Program-made: the position numbers and the translations under genes
Assembly: GCF_000018785.1 (NCBI RefSeq)
Contig: NC_010163.1
Location: 210,001 to 242,000 of the forward strand
Length of the DNA: 32,000 nucleotides
Origin: Acholeplasma laidlawii PG-8A
GTDB lineage: Bacteria > Bacillota_I > Bacilli_A > Acholeplasmatales > Acholeplasmataceae
Direction: 5' to 3'
Shown: positions 7,428-15,740 of the stretch, one piece after another
Layout: each line of letters starts with the position of its first letter
How positions within the stretch are numbered: the first letter of the stretch is position 1
Notes under the pieces: generated by a model
Told to the model about the DNA's origin: nothing
What the model saw: the letters and a program-made list of their open reading frames with translations, nothing else
Database searches by the model: none

Positions 7428-9377
7428 ATGATTAGAGATCTTAGTTTAATCCCAGGTGTGGGACCTAAAAATTTAAAAACATTTAAGCGTCATGGTATTT
7501 CTAATACTTATGATCTTGTAACTAATTTACCTAAGAAATATGAAAACTTTTCTCTGGTAGATGTAGAAAATCTAAAGCACTTAGAAGAAGCTACCATTAT
7601 TGGTTTAATTAGTGCGCCTTTTTATACTGTAAAAAAGCGTGTTGTGTTAACAACTACGACCTTACTTGTTCAAGATAAGGTTGTTAAACTACTTATCTTT
7701 GGAAGAGACTACATTTCAAAAGAGTTTAGTCTCAATGATAAGGTCATCGTAAAGGGTAAGTATAATATGTTTAAAAACGAGATCAATGTCACATATATCT
7801 CAAAAAAAATAGATACACCCAATATTCAACCTAAATATCAAATTGAACATATAAGTGACAGAACCATTCAAAAAATGATTGAATACGTATTTTCAAATAA
7901 CTTGGTAGATGTTTTTGAAACACTACCAACTAAGTTTATTGAACATGAAAAACTTATGCATAGAAAAACTGCAATTTTAACGATGCATTTTCCTAAAAAT
8001 GAAACGGATTTAGAAATTGCTCAATATAGATTTAAAGTAGAAGAAGCTTTCTTCCATCTTATGAAATATCATTTGAGTATGCCACCTAAACTAAAAAGAA
8101 CACCACTATCATATGATATCGGTTGGGTTAAGGAACAAATTAGTTTATTACCTTACCAATTGACATTAGATCAACAAGAAGCTGTCAATGATTGTTTTAG
8201 AGATTTTAAAAGTGATTATTCAATGTATAGATTAATTCAAGGTGATGTTGGTACTGGTAAAACATTTGTCACATTCATTGCAGCATTAGGTGCAATATCA
8301 GCGGGATACCAAGTAGCCTTTTTAGCACCAACAGAAATTTTAGCAAGACAACACTATGAAAACTTTAATAAGCATTTTGGTCATCTACCAAGTGGATTAC
8401 TGACATCCTCATTAAAGGATAAGAAAGAAACCATGAATCGTTTAAATTCAAATGATGTCAACATTGTTTTTGGTACCCATATCCTAAGTTCAGAAGCTGT
8501 TATCTTTGACAAACTTGGATTAGTTGTGATTGATGAACAGCACAAATTTGGCGTTGAAACTAGAGAAAGTCTAATTAAAAAAAGCGTCACAGGTGATACG
8601 ATTTATCTTTCTGCAACACCAATTCCAAGAAGTTTATCACTGACCTATTTTGGCAGTTTAGAAGTGTCCAACATCAAACAAAAACCGGTTAACACACCAC
8701 CAATTGAATCTTACTTATTAGATGACAAAGATATATCTAAAATTATTGCAGCACTTAAGGTTGCAGGGCAAAACAATGAACAAAGTTTTATTGTAGTACC
8801 TGCAATTTCAGAAGGGAATAAATCACACTCTATTCACAGCGTATTTTCAATTTTAGAACCTCACTTTAACCCGGATAACTTTTATGTCATTCATGGTCAA
8901 CTAAAATATGAGGAAATTGAACTTATTATGGACAGATTCATGCAAAATCCCAAAGGTATATTATTATCAACAACCATCATTGAAGTTGGTATCGATGTTA
9001 AAAATGCCAGTACAATCATCATTATGGGTGCAGATAACTTTGGGTTATCTCAACTACACCAATTACGTGGACGTGTTGGTAGAGGTTCTATTCCAGGTAA
9101 GTGTTATTTTGTAAGTTCTAAAAAGGATGTTGAAAGACTAAACTTTTTACTACAGACAACTGATGGATTCTTACTCAGTCAATATGACTTAAAACTTCGT
9201 GGCCCGGGTGTTTTTTCATCGATTATTCAAAGTGGTTATACAAGGTTCGAATATCTTGATTTAAATACAGATTTAAAACTTTTACAAGGCATTGTAAAGG
9301 ATGTAAAGTACTATGTAGAAAATATTGAAAAATATCCGTATTTGAAAAAAAGAATTTTCAAATCGAACGTGATATAA
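7428..9377 (+). CDS. recG: ATP-dependent DNA helicase RecG
   Basis: LIQGDVGTGKTFVTFIAA (Walker A), IDEQHKFG, LSATPIPRSLSL, TTIIEVGIDVKNA, QLHQLRGRVGRG. The ORF track begins at TTG 7401, but the wedge-domain start MIRDLSLIPGVGPKNLKTF is ATG 7428. Confidence 0.95.
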   Translation: MIRDLSLIPGVGPKNLKTFKRHGISNTYDLVTNLPKKYENFSLVDVENLKHLEEATIIGLISAPFYTVKKRVVLTTTTLLVQDKVVKLLIFGRDYISKEFSLNDKVIVKGKYNMFKNEINVTYISKKIDTPNIQPKYQIEHISDRTIQKMIEYVFSNNLVDVFETLPTKFIEHEKLMHRKTAILTMHFPKNETDLEIAQYRFKVEEAFFHLMKYHLSMPPKLKRTPLSYDIGWVKEQISLLPYQLTLDQQEAVNDCFRDFKSDYSMYRLIQGDVGTGKTFVTFIAALGAISAGYQVAFLAPTEILARQHYENFNKHFGHLPSGLLTSSLKDKKETMNRLNSNDVNIVFGTHILSSEAVIFDKLGLVVIDEQHKFGVETRESLIKKSVTGDTIYLSATPIPRSLSLTYFGSLEVSNIKQKPVNTPPIESYLLDDKDISKIIAALKVAGQNNEQSFIVVPAISEGNKSHSIHSVFSILEPHFNPDNFYVIHGQLKYEEIELIMDRFMQNPKGILLSTTIIEVGIDVKNASTIIIMGADNFGLSQLHQLRGRVGRGSIPGKCYFVSSKKDVERLNFLLQTTDGFLLSQYDLKLRGPGVFSSIIQSGYTRFEYLDLNTDLKLLQGIVKDVKYYVENIEKYPYLKKRIFKSNVI

Positions 9378-9414
9378 TCAATATAGTAATGCTTTAGAAG
9401 GGATGATTTAATAT

Positions 9415-10419
9415 ATGATAAAACTAGCAATTGATGGTATGGGTGGCGACAACGCACCTAAAGAAATAGTAGAGGGCTCTATTTTAGCTTTAAAGCAGTT
9501 TGATGACATTGAACTTACTATTTTTGGTGATGTTGATAAAATGAAACCATATTTAATTGAACATCCAAGATTAAAGGTAGTTCATACACCGAAATATTTT
9601 GAAATGGGTGTAAAAGATATTGGAAGACACACCTTAAGAGATGATAAAGATACATCGATGTTAATGGCGATTAATCATGTAAAAGAAGGTTTAGCGGATG
9701 GTGTAGTGTCCAGTGGTCCTACACAAGCACTTATTTTTGCATCATTTTTTATGATTCGTCCGATGAAAGAAATGAAACGTGTAGCGATTGCACCCATGGT
9801 ACCAACCGTGATTGGAAAACCTACAATCTTACTTGATGCAGGTGGAAATATTGATGCAAAAGCTGAGCATCTTTTAGACTTTGCAATATTTTCAACAATT
9901 GCCTTAAAAGAAGTTTATGGTGTTAAATCCCCTAAAGTTGGATTAATTAATATTGGTACAGAACCCGGAAAAGGTAGAGATATTGATAAAGAAACTTTTG
10001 AGTTATTAAGTAAGCATCCATTAATTGATTTTTACGGCAACTTAGAACCAAAAGAAATTTTAACATCTGATGCACAGATCTTACTTTCTGACGGATTTAC
10101 TGCAAATATCGTCATGAAAACCATGGAAGGTACAGCAAGTGCCTTAGGTAAAATTCTAAAAAGAGAAATTAAAGCAAGCTTCTGGGGTAAACTCGCAGCA
10201 GTTTTATTCTTGAAAAAACCATTAAAGAGATTTAAACAATCCATGTCTGCTGATGAAGTAGGTGGAGCATTAATTGCAGGGCTTGATAAAGTTGTAGTTA
10301 AAGCACACGGTTCTAGCGAGGCTTACGCATTTATGAATGCTATTAGACAAGCTAAAACAATGGTTTCACATGACGTGATTGGTAAAGTAAAAAATGTATT
10401 GAGGGGTCAAGATGAATGA
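9415..10419 (+). CDS. plsX: phosphate acyltransferase PlsX
   Basis: MIKLAIDGMGGDNAPKEIVEGS, GVVSSGPTQALI, RVAIAPMVPT, LLDAGGNIDAKAEHLLDFA, PKVGLINIGTEPGKG, DGFTANIVMKTMEG. Confidence 0.95.
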   Translation: MIKLAIDGMGGDNAPKEIVEGSILALKQFDDIELTIFGDVDKMKPYLIEHPRLKVVHTPKYFEMGVKDIGRHTLRDDKDTSMLMAINHVKEGLADGVVSSGPTQALIFASFFMIRPMKEMKRVAIAPMVPTVIGKPTILLDAGGNIDAKAEHLLDFAIFSTIALKEVYGVKSPKVGLINIGTEPGKGRDIDKETFELLSKHPLIDFYGNLEPKEILTSDAQILLSDGFTANIVMKTMEGTASALGKILKREIKASFWGKLAAVLFLKKPLKRFKQSMSADEVGGALIAGLDKVVVKAHGSSEAYAFMNAIRQAKTMVSHDVIGKVKNVLRGQDE

Positions 10420-11071
10420 TTTATTGAAACAACTTAATATTGAAACAAAACATATAGATTTATACCTTCAAGCATTAACGCATACATCTTATGCGCATGA
10501 AAACCAAACAGATCATAATGAACGATTAGAGTTTTTAGGTGATGCAGTGATTGAATTAATGATGAGTACATACCTATTTACTCATGATCAATCCAATCAA
10601 GGTGTTTTAACTAAAAGACGTGCTCAAGCAGTTCGTGAAGAAGCACTTGTTTTGTATGCCCAAAAAATGGATTTAGAATCGAAGATGCGTTTAGGCAATG
10701 GTGAGCAAATAGCAAAACCAAGCATGATCGCCGATGCATTTGAAGCGTTTTTTGGTGCACTATATATGGATCAAGGATTTGATAAGACTTATGAAATCTT
10801 TAATAAGGTAGTCATACCACATTTAAATTTAGTGGAGCACATTAAAGACTATAAAACTCAACTTCAAGAATTTATTCAACTTGAAAGGAAAAGTTTATCT
10901 TATAAAACAGTTAAAGTGGGTGGACCATCACATCGCCCAATATTTAAGTCTGAAGTATTTTTAGAAAACAGTATTATGTTGGGCACAGGACAAGGTAGTT
11001 CCACCAAGGAAGCCGAACAAAATGCTGCAAAAGAAGCACTAAGTAAAGTAGTAAAGGAGCGTAGTTTATGA
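10412..11071 (+). CDS. rnc: ribonuclease III
   Basis: LTHTSYAHENQTDHNERLEFLGDAVIELMMSTYLF, VADAFEAFFGALYMDQG-like IADAFEAFFGALYMDQG, C-terminal dsRBD. Confidence 0.96.
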   Translation: MNDLLKQLNIETKHIDLYLQALTHTSYAHENQTDHNERLEFLGDAVIELMMSTYLFTHDQSNQGVLTKRRAQAVREEALVLYAQKMDLESKMRLGNGEQIAKPSMIADAFEAFFGALYMDQGFDKTYEIFNKVVIPHLNLVEHIKDYKTQLQEFIQLERKSLSYKTVKVGGPSHRPIFKSEVFLENSIMLGTGQGSSTKEAEQNAAKEALSKVVKERSL

Positions 11072-11679
11072 TTAGAAAATTATATGAAGAGCATTTTTTA
11101 GAAATTGATGCACTATTAACTAAAGAATGTAAGCGACTAAAATTAAGTCCTAATGAAGTGGTTGTTTTAAAAACATTGTTTCAAAACTACAAAAAACGCA
11201 CCTTTTCTATCTTAAGTATTACAAGAAAAATTGAACTTTCAAGTAACGATGTTGCTAAGTGTGTAGATAAACTTATTAATAAAGGTTTTATATCTTTAGG
11301 ATTAGAAACTAGAAATGATAAAGAAGTTGAAGTGTTTGACTTATCAGGCACATTTGATAGAATCACAGAGCTTTATGAATCTGATATGGAAGATATTAAA
11401 CGTGAACGTTATGAAACTCAAATTTCACACACCATCGAACTTTTAGAAAAGCATTTAGGTAAGGCATTATCTAGTTTAGAACTTGACATAGTTCGCTCAT
11501 GGTATGACGAATCTTTATATACGCATGACGCTATTATTTCTAAAATTGAAGAAATAGGACCATCTGGAAAGTTTTCACTTAAGTTTTTAGAAAGAACATT
11601 AAATAGAGAAAAATATATCGCAGAACCACTTGATGAACAAGCAGAACGCGCGATTGATGAAATATTTAAGGCTATCTAA
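11068..11679 (+). CDS. dnaD: DnaD-domain replication/primosome protein
   Basis: Winged-helix N-terminus plus C-terminal DnaD-like segment (FLERTLNREKY...); adjacent to nth as in Firmicutes. Confidence 0.7.
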   Translation: MIRKLYEEHFLEIDALLTKECKRLKLSPNEVVVLKTLFQNYKKRTFSILSITRKIELSSNDVAKCVDKLINKGFISLGLETRNDKEVEVFDLSGTFDRITELYESDMEDIKRERYETQISHTIELLEKHLGKALSSLELDIVRSWYDESLYTHDAIISKIEEIGPSGKFSLKFLERTLNREKYIAEPLDEQAERAIDEIFKAI

Positions 11680-12323
11680 TGACTAAAAGTCAACGTATAT
11701 TTTTCAGTCACTATTTAGAAGAGCTTTTCCCAGATGCAAAAGCAGAACTAGATTTCACAAATAATTTTGAACTGATTGTTGCAGTTGTACTATCGGCACA
11801 AACAACAGATATCGCGGTCAACAAAGTCACAAAGGATCTATTTAGAAAATATCCCACTCCAAACGATCTCATGCATGCAGATGTTGATGATGTTATGGAC
11901 ACAATTAAAACAATTGGTCTATATAAAACAAAATCCAAAAATATCATTGGTCTTGCTAAAAGATTAGTTGAAGATTATGATGGACTTGTACCAAGTGAAA
12001 GAAAAGATTTAGAATCACTACCAGGTGTTGGTAGAAAGACAGCGAATGTTGTATTATCTAATGCATTTGGTATACCAGCGCTAGCTGTAGATACGCATAT
12101 CTTAAGAATTTCTAAAAGACTAGGGCTTGCAGATGAAACAGATGATGTACTCGAAGTTGAAATGAAATTGAATAAACAATTTCCTAAAGAACTGTGGCAT
12201 AAACTTCATCATCAACTTATCTTTTTTGGACGATATCATTGTATTGCTAGAAAACCTAATTGTGATACGTGTAAGATGCAAGATATGTGTCCACACTTTA
12301 AAAATGTAATTTCTAAACAATAA
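11679..12323 (+). CDS. nth: endonuclease III
   Basis: VVLSAQTTDIAVNKVTKDLF, LESLPGVGRKTANVVLSNAFGIPALAVDTHILRISKRLGL, C-x6-C-x2-C-x5-C FeS cluster (CIARKPNCDTCKMQDMC). Confidence 0.96.
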   Translation: MTKSQRIFFSHYLEELFPDAKAELDFTNNFELIVAVVLSAQTTDIAVNKVTKDLFRKYPTPNDLMHADVDDVMDTIKTIGLYKTKSKNIIGLAKRLVEDYDGLVPSERKDLESLPGVGRKTANVVLSNAFGIPALAVDTHILRISKRLGLADETDDVLEVEMKLNKQFPKELWHKLHHQLIFFGRYHCIARKPNCDTCKMQDMCPHFKNVISKQ

Positions 12324-12344
12324 AAAAATATCAAATAACAAAAT

Positions 12345-12382
12345 AAAAATCTACATTTTTCTTTGAGAAGATGTAGATTTTT
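12345..12382 (+). terminator. intrinsic terminator after nth
   Basis: AAAAATCTACAT...ATGTAGATTTTT stem followed by TATTATTG. Confidence 0.8.
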
Positions 12383-12396
12383 ATTATTGTAAACAC

Positions 12397-12402
12397 TATA
12401 AT
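12397..12402 (+). promoter_or_regulatory. candidate -10 (TATAAT) for the regulator gene
   Basis: TTGTAAACACTATAATGAAG, 24 nt upstream of ATG 12426; SD GGGAG. The -35 is weak. Confidence 0.5.
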
Positions 12403-12425
12403 GAAGCCAAAAAGGGAGATTTTCA

Positions 12426-13655
12426 ATGTATATAAATTTGGGATATTTAAGAGGGCAGATAAGATTACGAAACCCAGAGATAACAAACAATAGTGACAAC
12501 ATAGGTTCTATGTTGAAATACCACCGGTTGAAACTTAATTTAACACTCGAAGATAGTTCCGATGGTATTTGTAGCGTAAGTTATTTATCTAAAATAGAAA
12601 ACAGTCTAATTAGACCAAGTGAAAAATACATACTACAGCTTGAAGAAAGATATAATGCTAAATTCTTTAACATAGGTAACCAGCACAATGAACTACTACA
12701 TCAACTTATAGAAAATTTGTTCTATGAACAAGAAGAAGTAATTGATGATGCTTTGTTTACCGAAGATACGTATCAATCTAGATTAAACAAAACTGGATAC
12801 CTAATTAGTCGAAACAAGTTTAACGAAGCCAAACTAAACCACCAAGAACTCAATCCATATATTAAAAATTTAAATGGTATTGAACTTAAATTTTATATAT
12901 TTCTAACATCTAAACTACTTAGCTTTGAAGGTAGACTAAAGGATGCTTTTTCTGTTTTAAATATAGAAACAGATCATTATCCACTATTACATCTAGATAT
13001 ACTCATAGCTTCTGAAAGAATACACTTAGCAACTAAAATGAATCATCATCCATACATTGTACTTACCTATGAAGCATTGATAGATCAATGTATAGAAAAT
13101 GAATTTTATCATAAAGTACACGAACTTAAATATCACTATCTAACCTACATGGTTCAATTTATTAATGAGCCAATGCTTAATGAACTCTTGGATAAATCTA
13201 AAAACTTAAAACCCGATCAAAGAGCTTTTGTAAAGGCTAAATATTTCTTCATGAATATGGACTATGAACTAGCTATTGAAACGCTTAATAGTGAACCTTT
13301 AAACAGTAAGGCGTCACTCGAATTAAAACTCCTTATTCTAAATAGGCTAAACCAATCTTCTATCATGAATGAATCACTTAAATCATTGTCTAATATTGAC
13401 AACAAGCAACTTAAATTAATACACGCCTACTTAGTACTTAAAAATACCAGAGCTACAAATATTGAGTCCTTAGTTCAATTTATTCTAACAGAGGTTTTAA
13501 AATCAAATGATCTACCAGATGACATCTTATATTTAAATTTTTGGTACGAAGAAGGGTTGCAATGTTTAAAGAAAGTAGGCTATTATAAAGACGCAACTAA
13601 GTTGGGTAGATTAATATTTAGAAAAATAAAAGATTTAACGACTATTTTTGATTAA
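12426..13655 (+). CDS. Rgg/PlcR-like transcriptional regulator (XRE-type HTH plus helical repeat C-terminus)
   Basis: HTH IGSMLKYHRLKLNLTLEDSSDGICSVSYLSKIENSLIRPSEKYILQLEERY, followed by about 320 aa of helical, TPR-like sequence. Confidence 0.7.
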   Translation: MYINLGYLRGQIRLRNPEITNNSDNIGSMLKYHRLKLNLTLEDSSDGICSVSYLSKIENSLIRPSEKYILQLEERYNAKFFNIGNQHNELLHQLIENLFYEQEEVIDDALFTEDTYQSRLNKTGYLISRNKFNEAKLNHQELNPYIKNLNGIELKFYIFLTSKLLSFEGRLKDAFSVLNIETDHYPLLHLDILIASERIHLATKMNHHPYIVLTYEALIDQCIENEFYHKVHELKYHYLTYMVQFINEPMLNELLDKSKNLKPDQRAFVKAKYFFMNMDYELAIETLNSEPLNSKASLELKLLILNRLNQSSIMNESLKSLSNIDNKQLKLIHAYLVLKNTRATNIESLVQFILTEVLKSNDLPDDILYLNFWYEEGLQCLKKVGYYKDATKLGRLIFRKIKDLTTIFD

Positions 13656-13683
13656 ATAACTAAATAATGTGATACACTATAAA

Positions 13684-13698
13684 TAGTTTAATAAACTA
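13684..13698. repeat. perfect inverted repeat, possible operator
   Basis: TAGTTTA-A-TAAACTA, immediately after TATAAA 13678-13683 and before the 15-aa ORF. Confidence 0.5.
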
Positions 13699-13721
13699 AA
13701 AAAGATGAGTGGGAGGTTTAC

Positions 13722-13769
13722 ATGGTTATAAAAAAATGTACACTATTCATTATAGGTAACAATAAATAA
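13722..13769 (+). CDS. putative 15-aa peptide MVIKKCTLFIIGNNK
   Basis: Strong SD: GTGGGAGG-TTTAC-ATG. Lies between the Rgg-like regulator and the ABC exporter leader. Too short for the ORF track. Confidence 0.45.
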   Translation: MVIKKCTLFIIGNNK

Positions 13770-13788
13770 TTTATTTGTAGGACTTATA

Positions 13789-13884
13789 ATGAAGGCTTAT
13801 TTATTTATAAAATACCCTTCATTCAGATATAAAAGCTTTTTTATATGTATCTTTAAGAGGGGAAACCCTCTTTTTATTATCTAA
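13789..13884 (+). CDS. putative 31-aa leader peptide MKAYLFIKYPSFRYKSFFICIFKRGNPLFII
   Basis: AGGA-CTTATA-ATG; the ORF runs through the stem-loops and intrinsic terminator and ends 25 nt before the ABC exporter ATG. Confidence 0.4.
   Translation: MKAYLFIKYPSFRYKSFFICIFKRGNPLFII
13855..13878 (+). terminator. intrinsic terminator in the ABC exporter leader (attenuator candidate)
   Basis: AAGAGGG-GAAA-CCCTCTT-TTTATT: 7-bp stem, GNRA tetraloop, T tract; only 32 nt upstream of ATG 13910. Confidence 0.75.
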
Positions 13885-13909
13885 AAACACGACGAACAAG
13901 GAGAACATC

Positions 13910-15739
13910 ATGAAATTTAAATCCCTTATGAAACTAGCCAAAGGACACTTGTGGGGCTATATTATCTTAATTATCTTAACGATATTCCACCGCTTCTCAT
14001 ACTCCTATGTGCCTTTATTCACTCAATATATTATTCGTACTTTAACGCTTCGTTTAAGTACTGACCCATTACCTCCTGATTTACAAACGGTCAATCTACC
14101 AGCATTTGTAGTAAACTTCTTTGAATCCGGTGAAACGATTTTAATGATCGTGTTTTATGTTGCGATTACATTAATATTTTATCAAGCATTTAGATACTTG
14201 ATGATGTATTTTGAATTAAGTTTACGTGGTCGTATTCAAGAAAGTATTGCAAAAAAATTACGTAATAGATTATATGATCACATTCAAAACTTAAGTTACA
14301 AATATCACAACAATGCAGATAGTGGTGACTTAATACAAAGAGTTACATCAGACGTTGAAACTACAACAGGTTTTGTAGTCTTACAGTTTATGCAACTTAT
14401 TGGACTATTTGCATCACTATTTAGTGGTGTATTCCAAATGTATCATATTAATACCACCATCATGTGGGTGTGTTTAGCAGTTATTCCCGTCTATGCGATC
14501 TCATCTATTTTCTACTTTACAAGAATTGAAAAGATATTTGAAAAAGTTGAACATGATGAATCAGAGATGATGACAGTCATTCAAGAAAATGTGAGTGCTT
14601 CAAAAGTTGTTAAAGCATTTGCTAATGAACCATTTGAATTAGAGAAAATGGAAAAGAAGAACAAGCAATACACCAACAGTAATATACGTGCTAACAAAGT
14701 AGTAGCAATATATTGGGGAAGTATGGACTTTATCTCAATGGCACAATATGCACTTGTTACTGTATTAGCCATCCACTTTGTAAGAACTGGTGAAATGGAT
14801 GGTGCAAGTTTTGCTGCATCCTTAATGCTAATTGGTTTATTAGTATGGCCAATTCGTGGGTTAGGTCGATTAATTAATGAATTTACTAAAGCGTTTGTTG
14901 CGATTGGTCGTATCAACCATATATTTGAAGAAAAAACTGAATATGAACAAGATGGTCATTTAGAACCAGAGATTCATGGTCATATTGTTTTCAACAAAGT
15001 AAGTTTTAAATTTGAAGATGATGCAAACTATTTATTAAAAGATATCTCATTTGAAATTAAACCAGGTGAAACAGTTGCAATTATTGGTAAAACTGGCAGT
15101 GGTAAAACCACAGTTATTAATCTATTAATGCGTATGTATGAATATGAAGGATCCATTACAATCGACGGTGTTGAGTTAAGAGAAATCAAAAAACAACACA
15201 TGAGAAAATCCATTGGAGCTGTCCTTCAAGATCCATTCCTTTATTCTAGAACGGTCTATGAAAATATATCGATTACAAATAAAACAGCAAGTAAAGATAA
15301 AATTATTACAGCAGCTCAAACTGCAGCACTTCAAAATGATATTCATACCTTTAAAAATGGTTATGAAACGATGGTTGGAGAAAAAGGTACTACGTTATCT
15401 GGTGGACAAAAACAAAGAGTTGCGATTGCGCGTGTACTAGTAAGTGATAAACCAATACTTATATTTGATGATGCACTATCTGCTGTTGATAATAAAACAG
15501 ATATGATGATTCGTGGTGCATTAAACCAAAAGGAACATCAATCCACAAACATTATTATTACACACCGTATTACAACAGCGAAAGAAGCTCACAAGATTAT
15601 TGTCATAAATAATGGACAAATTGAAGACATCGGTACACATAAAGAGCTCGCACATAAAGATGGTCTTTATAACAAATTATGGGGCATTCAAGGTAAACTT
15701 GAACAAGAATTCCTAGACTTAATTGAGGAGGGTGCTTAA
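13910..15739 (+). CDS. ABC transporter, fused permease/ATPase (multidrug/lipid exporter half 1)
   Basis: N-terminal TM domain; IGKTGSGKTTVINLLMRMY (Walker A), LSGGQKQRVAIARVLVSDKPILIFDDALSAVD; the D in FDDALS replaces the catalytic Glu (degenerate-site half). SD AAGGAG. Confidence 0.93.
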   Translation: MKFKSLMKLAKGHLWGYIILIILTIFHRFSYSYVPLFTQYIIRTLTLRLSTDPLPPDLQTVNLPAFVVNFFESGETILMIVFYVAITLIFYQAFRYLMMYFELSLRGRIQESIAKKLRNRLYDHIQNLSYKYHNNADSGDLIQRVTSDVETTTGFVVLQFMQLIGLFASLFSGVFQMYHINTTIMWVCLAVIPVYAISSIFYFTRIEKIFEKVEHDESEMMTVIQENVSASKVVKAFANEPFELEKMEKKNKQYTNSNIRANKVVAIYWGSMDFISMAQYALVTVLAIHFVRTGEMDGASFAASLMLIGLLVWPIRGLGRLINEFTKAFVAIGRINHIFEEKTEYEQDGHLEPEIHGHIVFNKVSFKFEDDANYLLKDISFEIKPGETVAIIGKTGSGKTTVINLLMRMYEYEGSITIDGVELREIKKQHMRKSIGAVLQDPFLYSRTVYENISITNKTASKDKIITAAQTAALQNDIHTFKNGYETMVGEKGTTLSGGQKQRVAIARVLVSDKPILIFDDALSAVDNKTDMMIRGALNQKEHQSTNIIITHRITTAKEAHKIIVINNGQIEDIGTHKELAHKDGLYNKLWGIQGKLEQEFLDLIEEGA

Positions 15740-15740
15740 G

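Noticed and set aside
8381-10244. Short ORFs within recG and plsX (8381-8590, 8908-9114, 10032-10244)
   Set aside because: Overlap conserved coding sequence, no independent support.
12236-12502. 88-aa minus-strand ORF spanning the nth 3' end and the regulator start
   Set aside because: Hydrophobic/Cys-rich shadow translation across a terminator and promoter, with no SD; antisense to well-supported genes.
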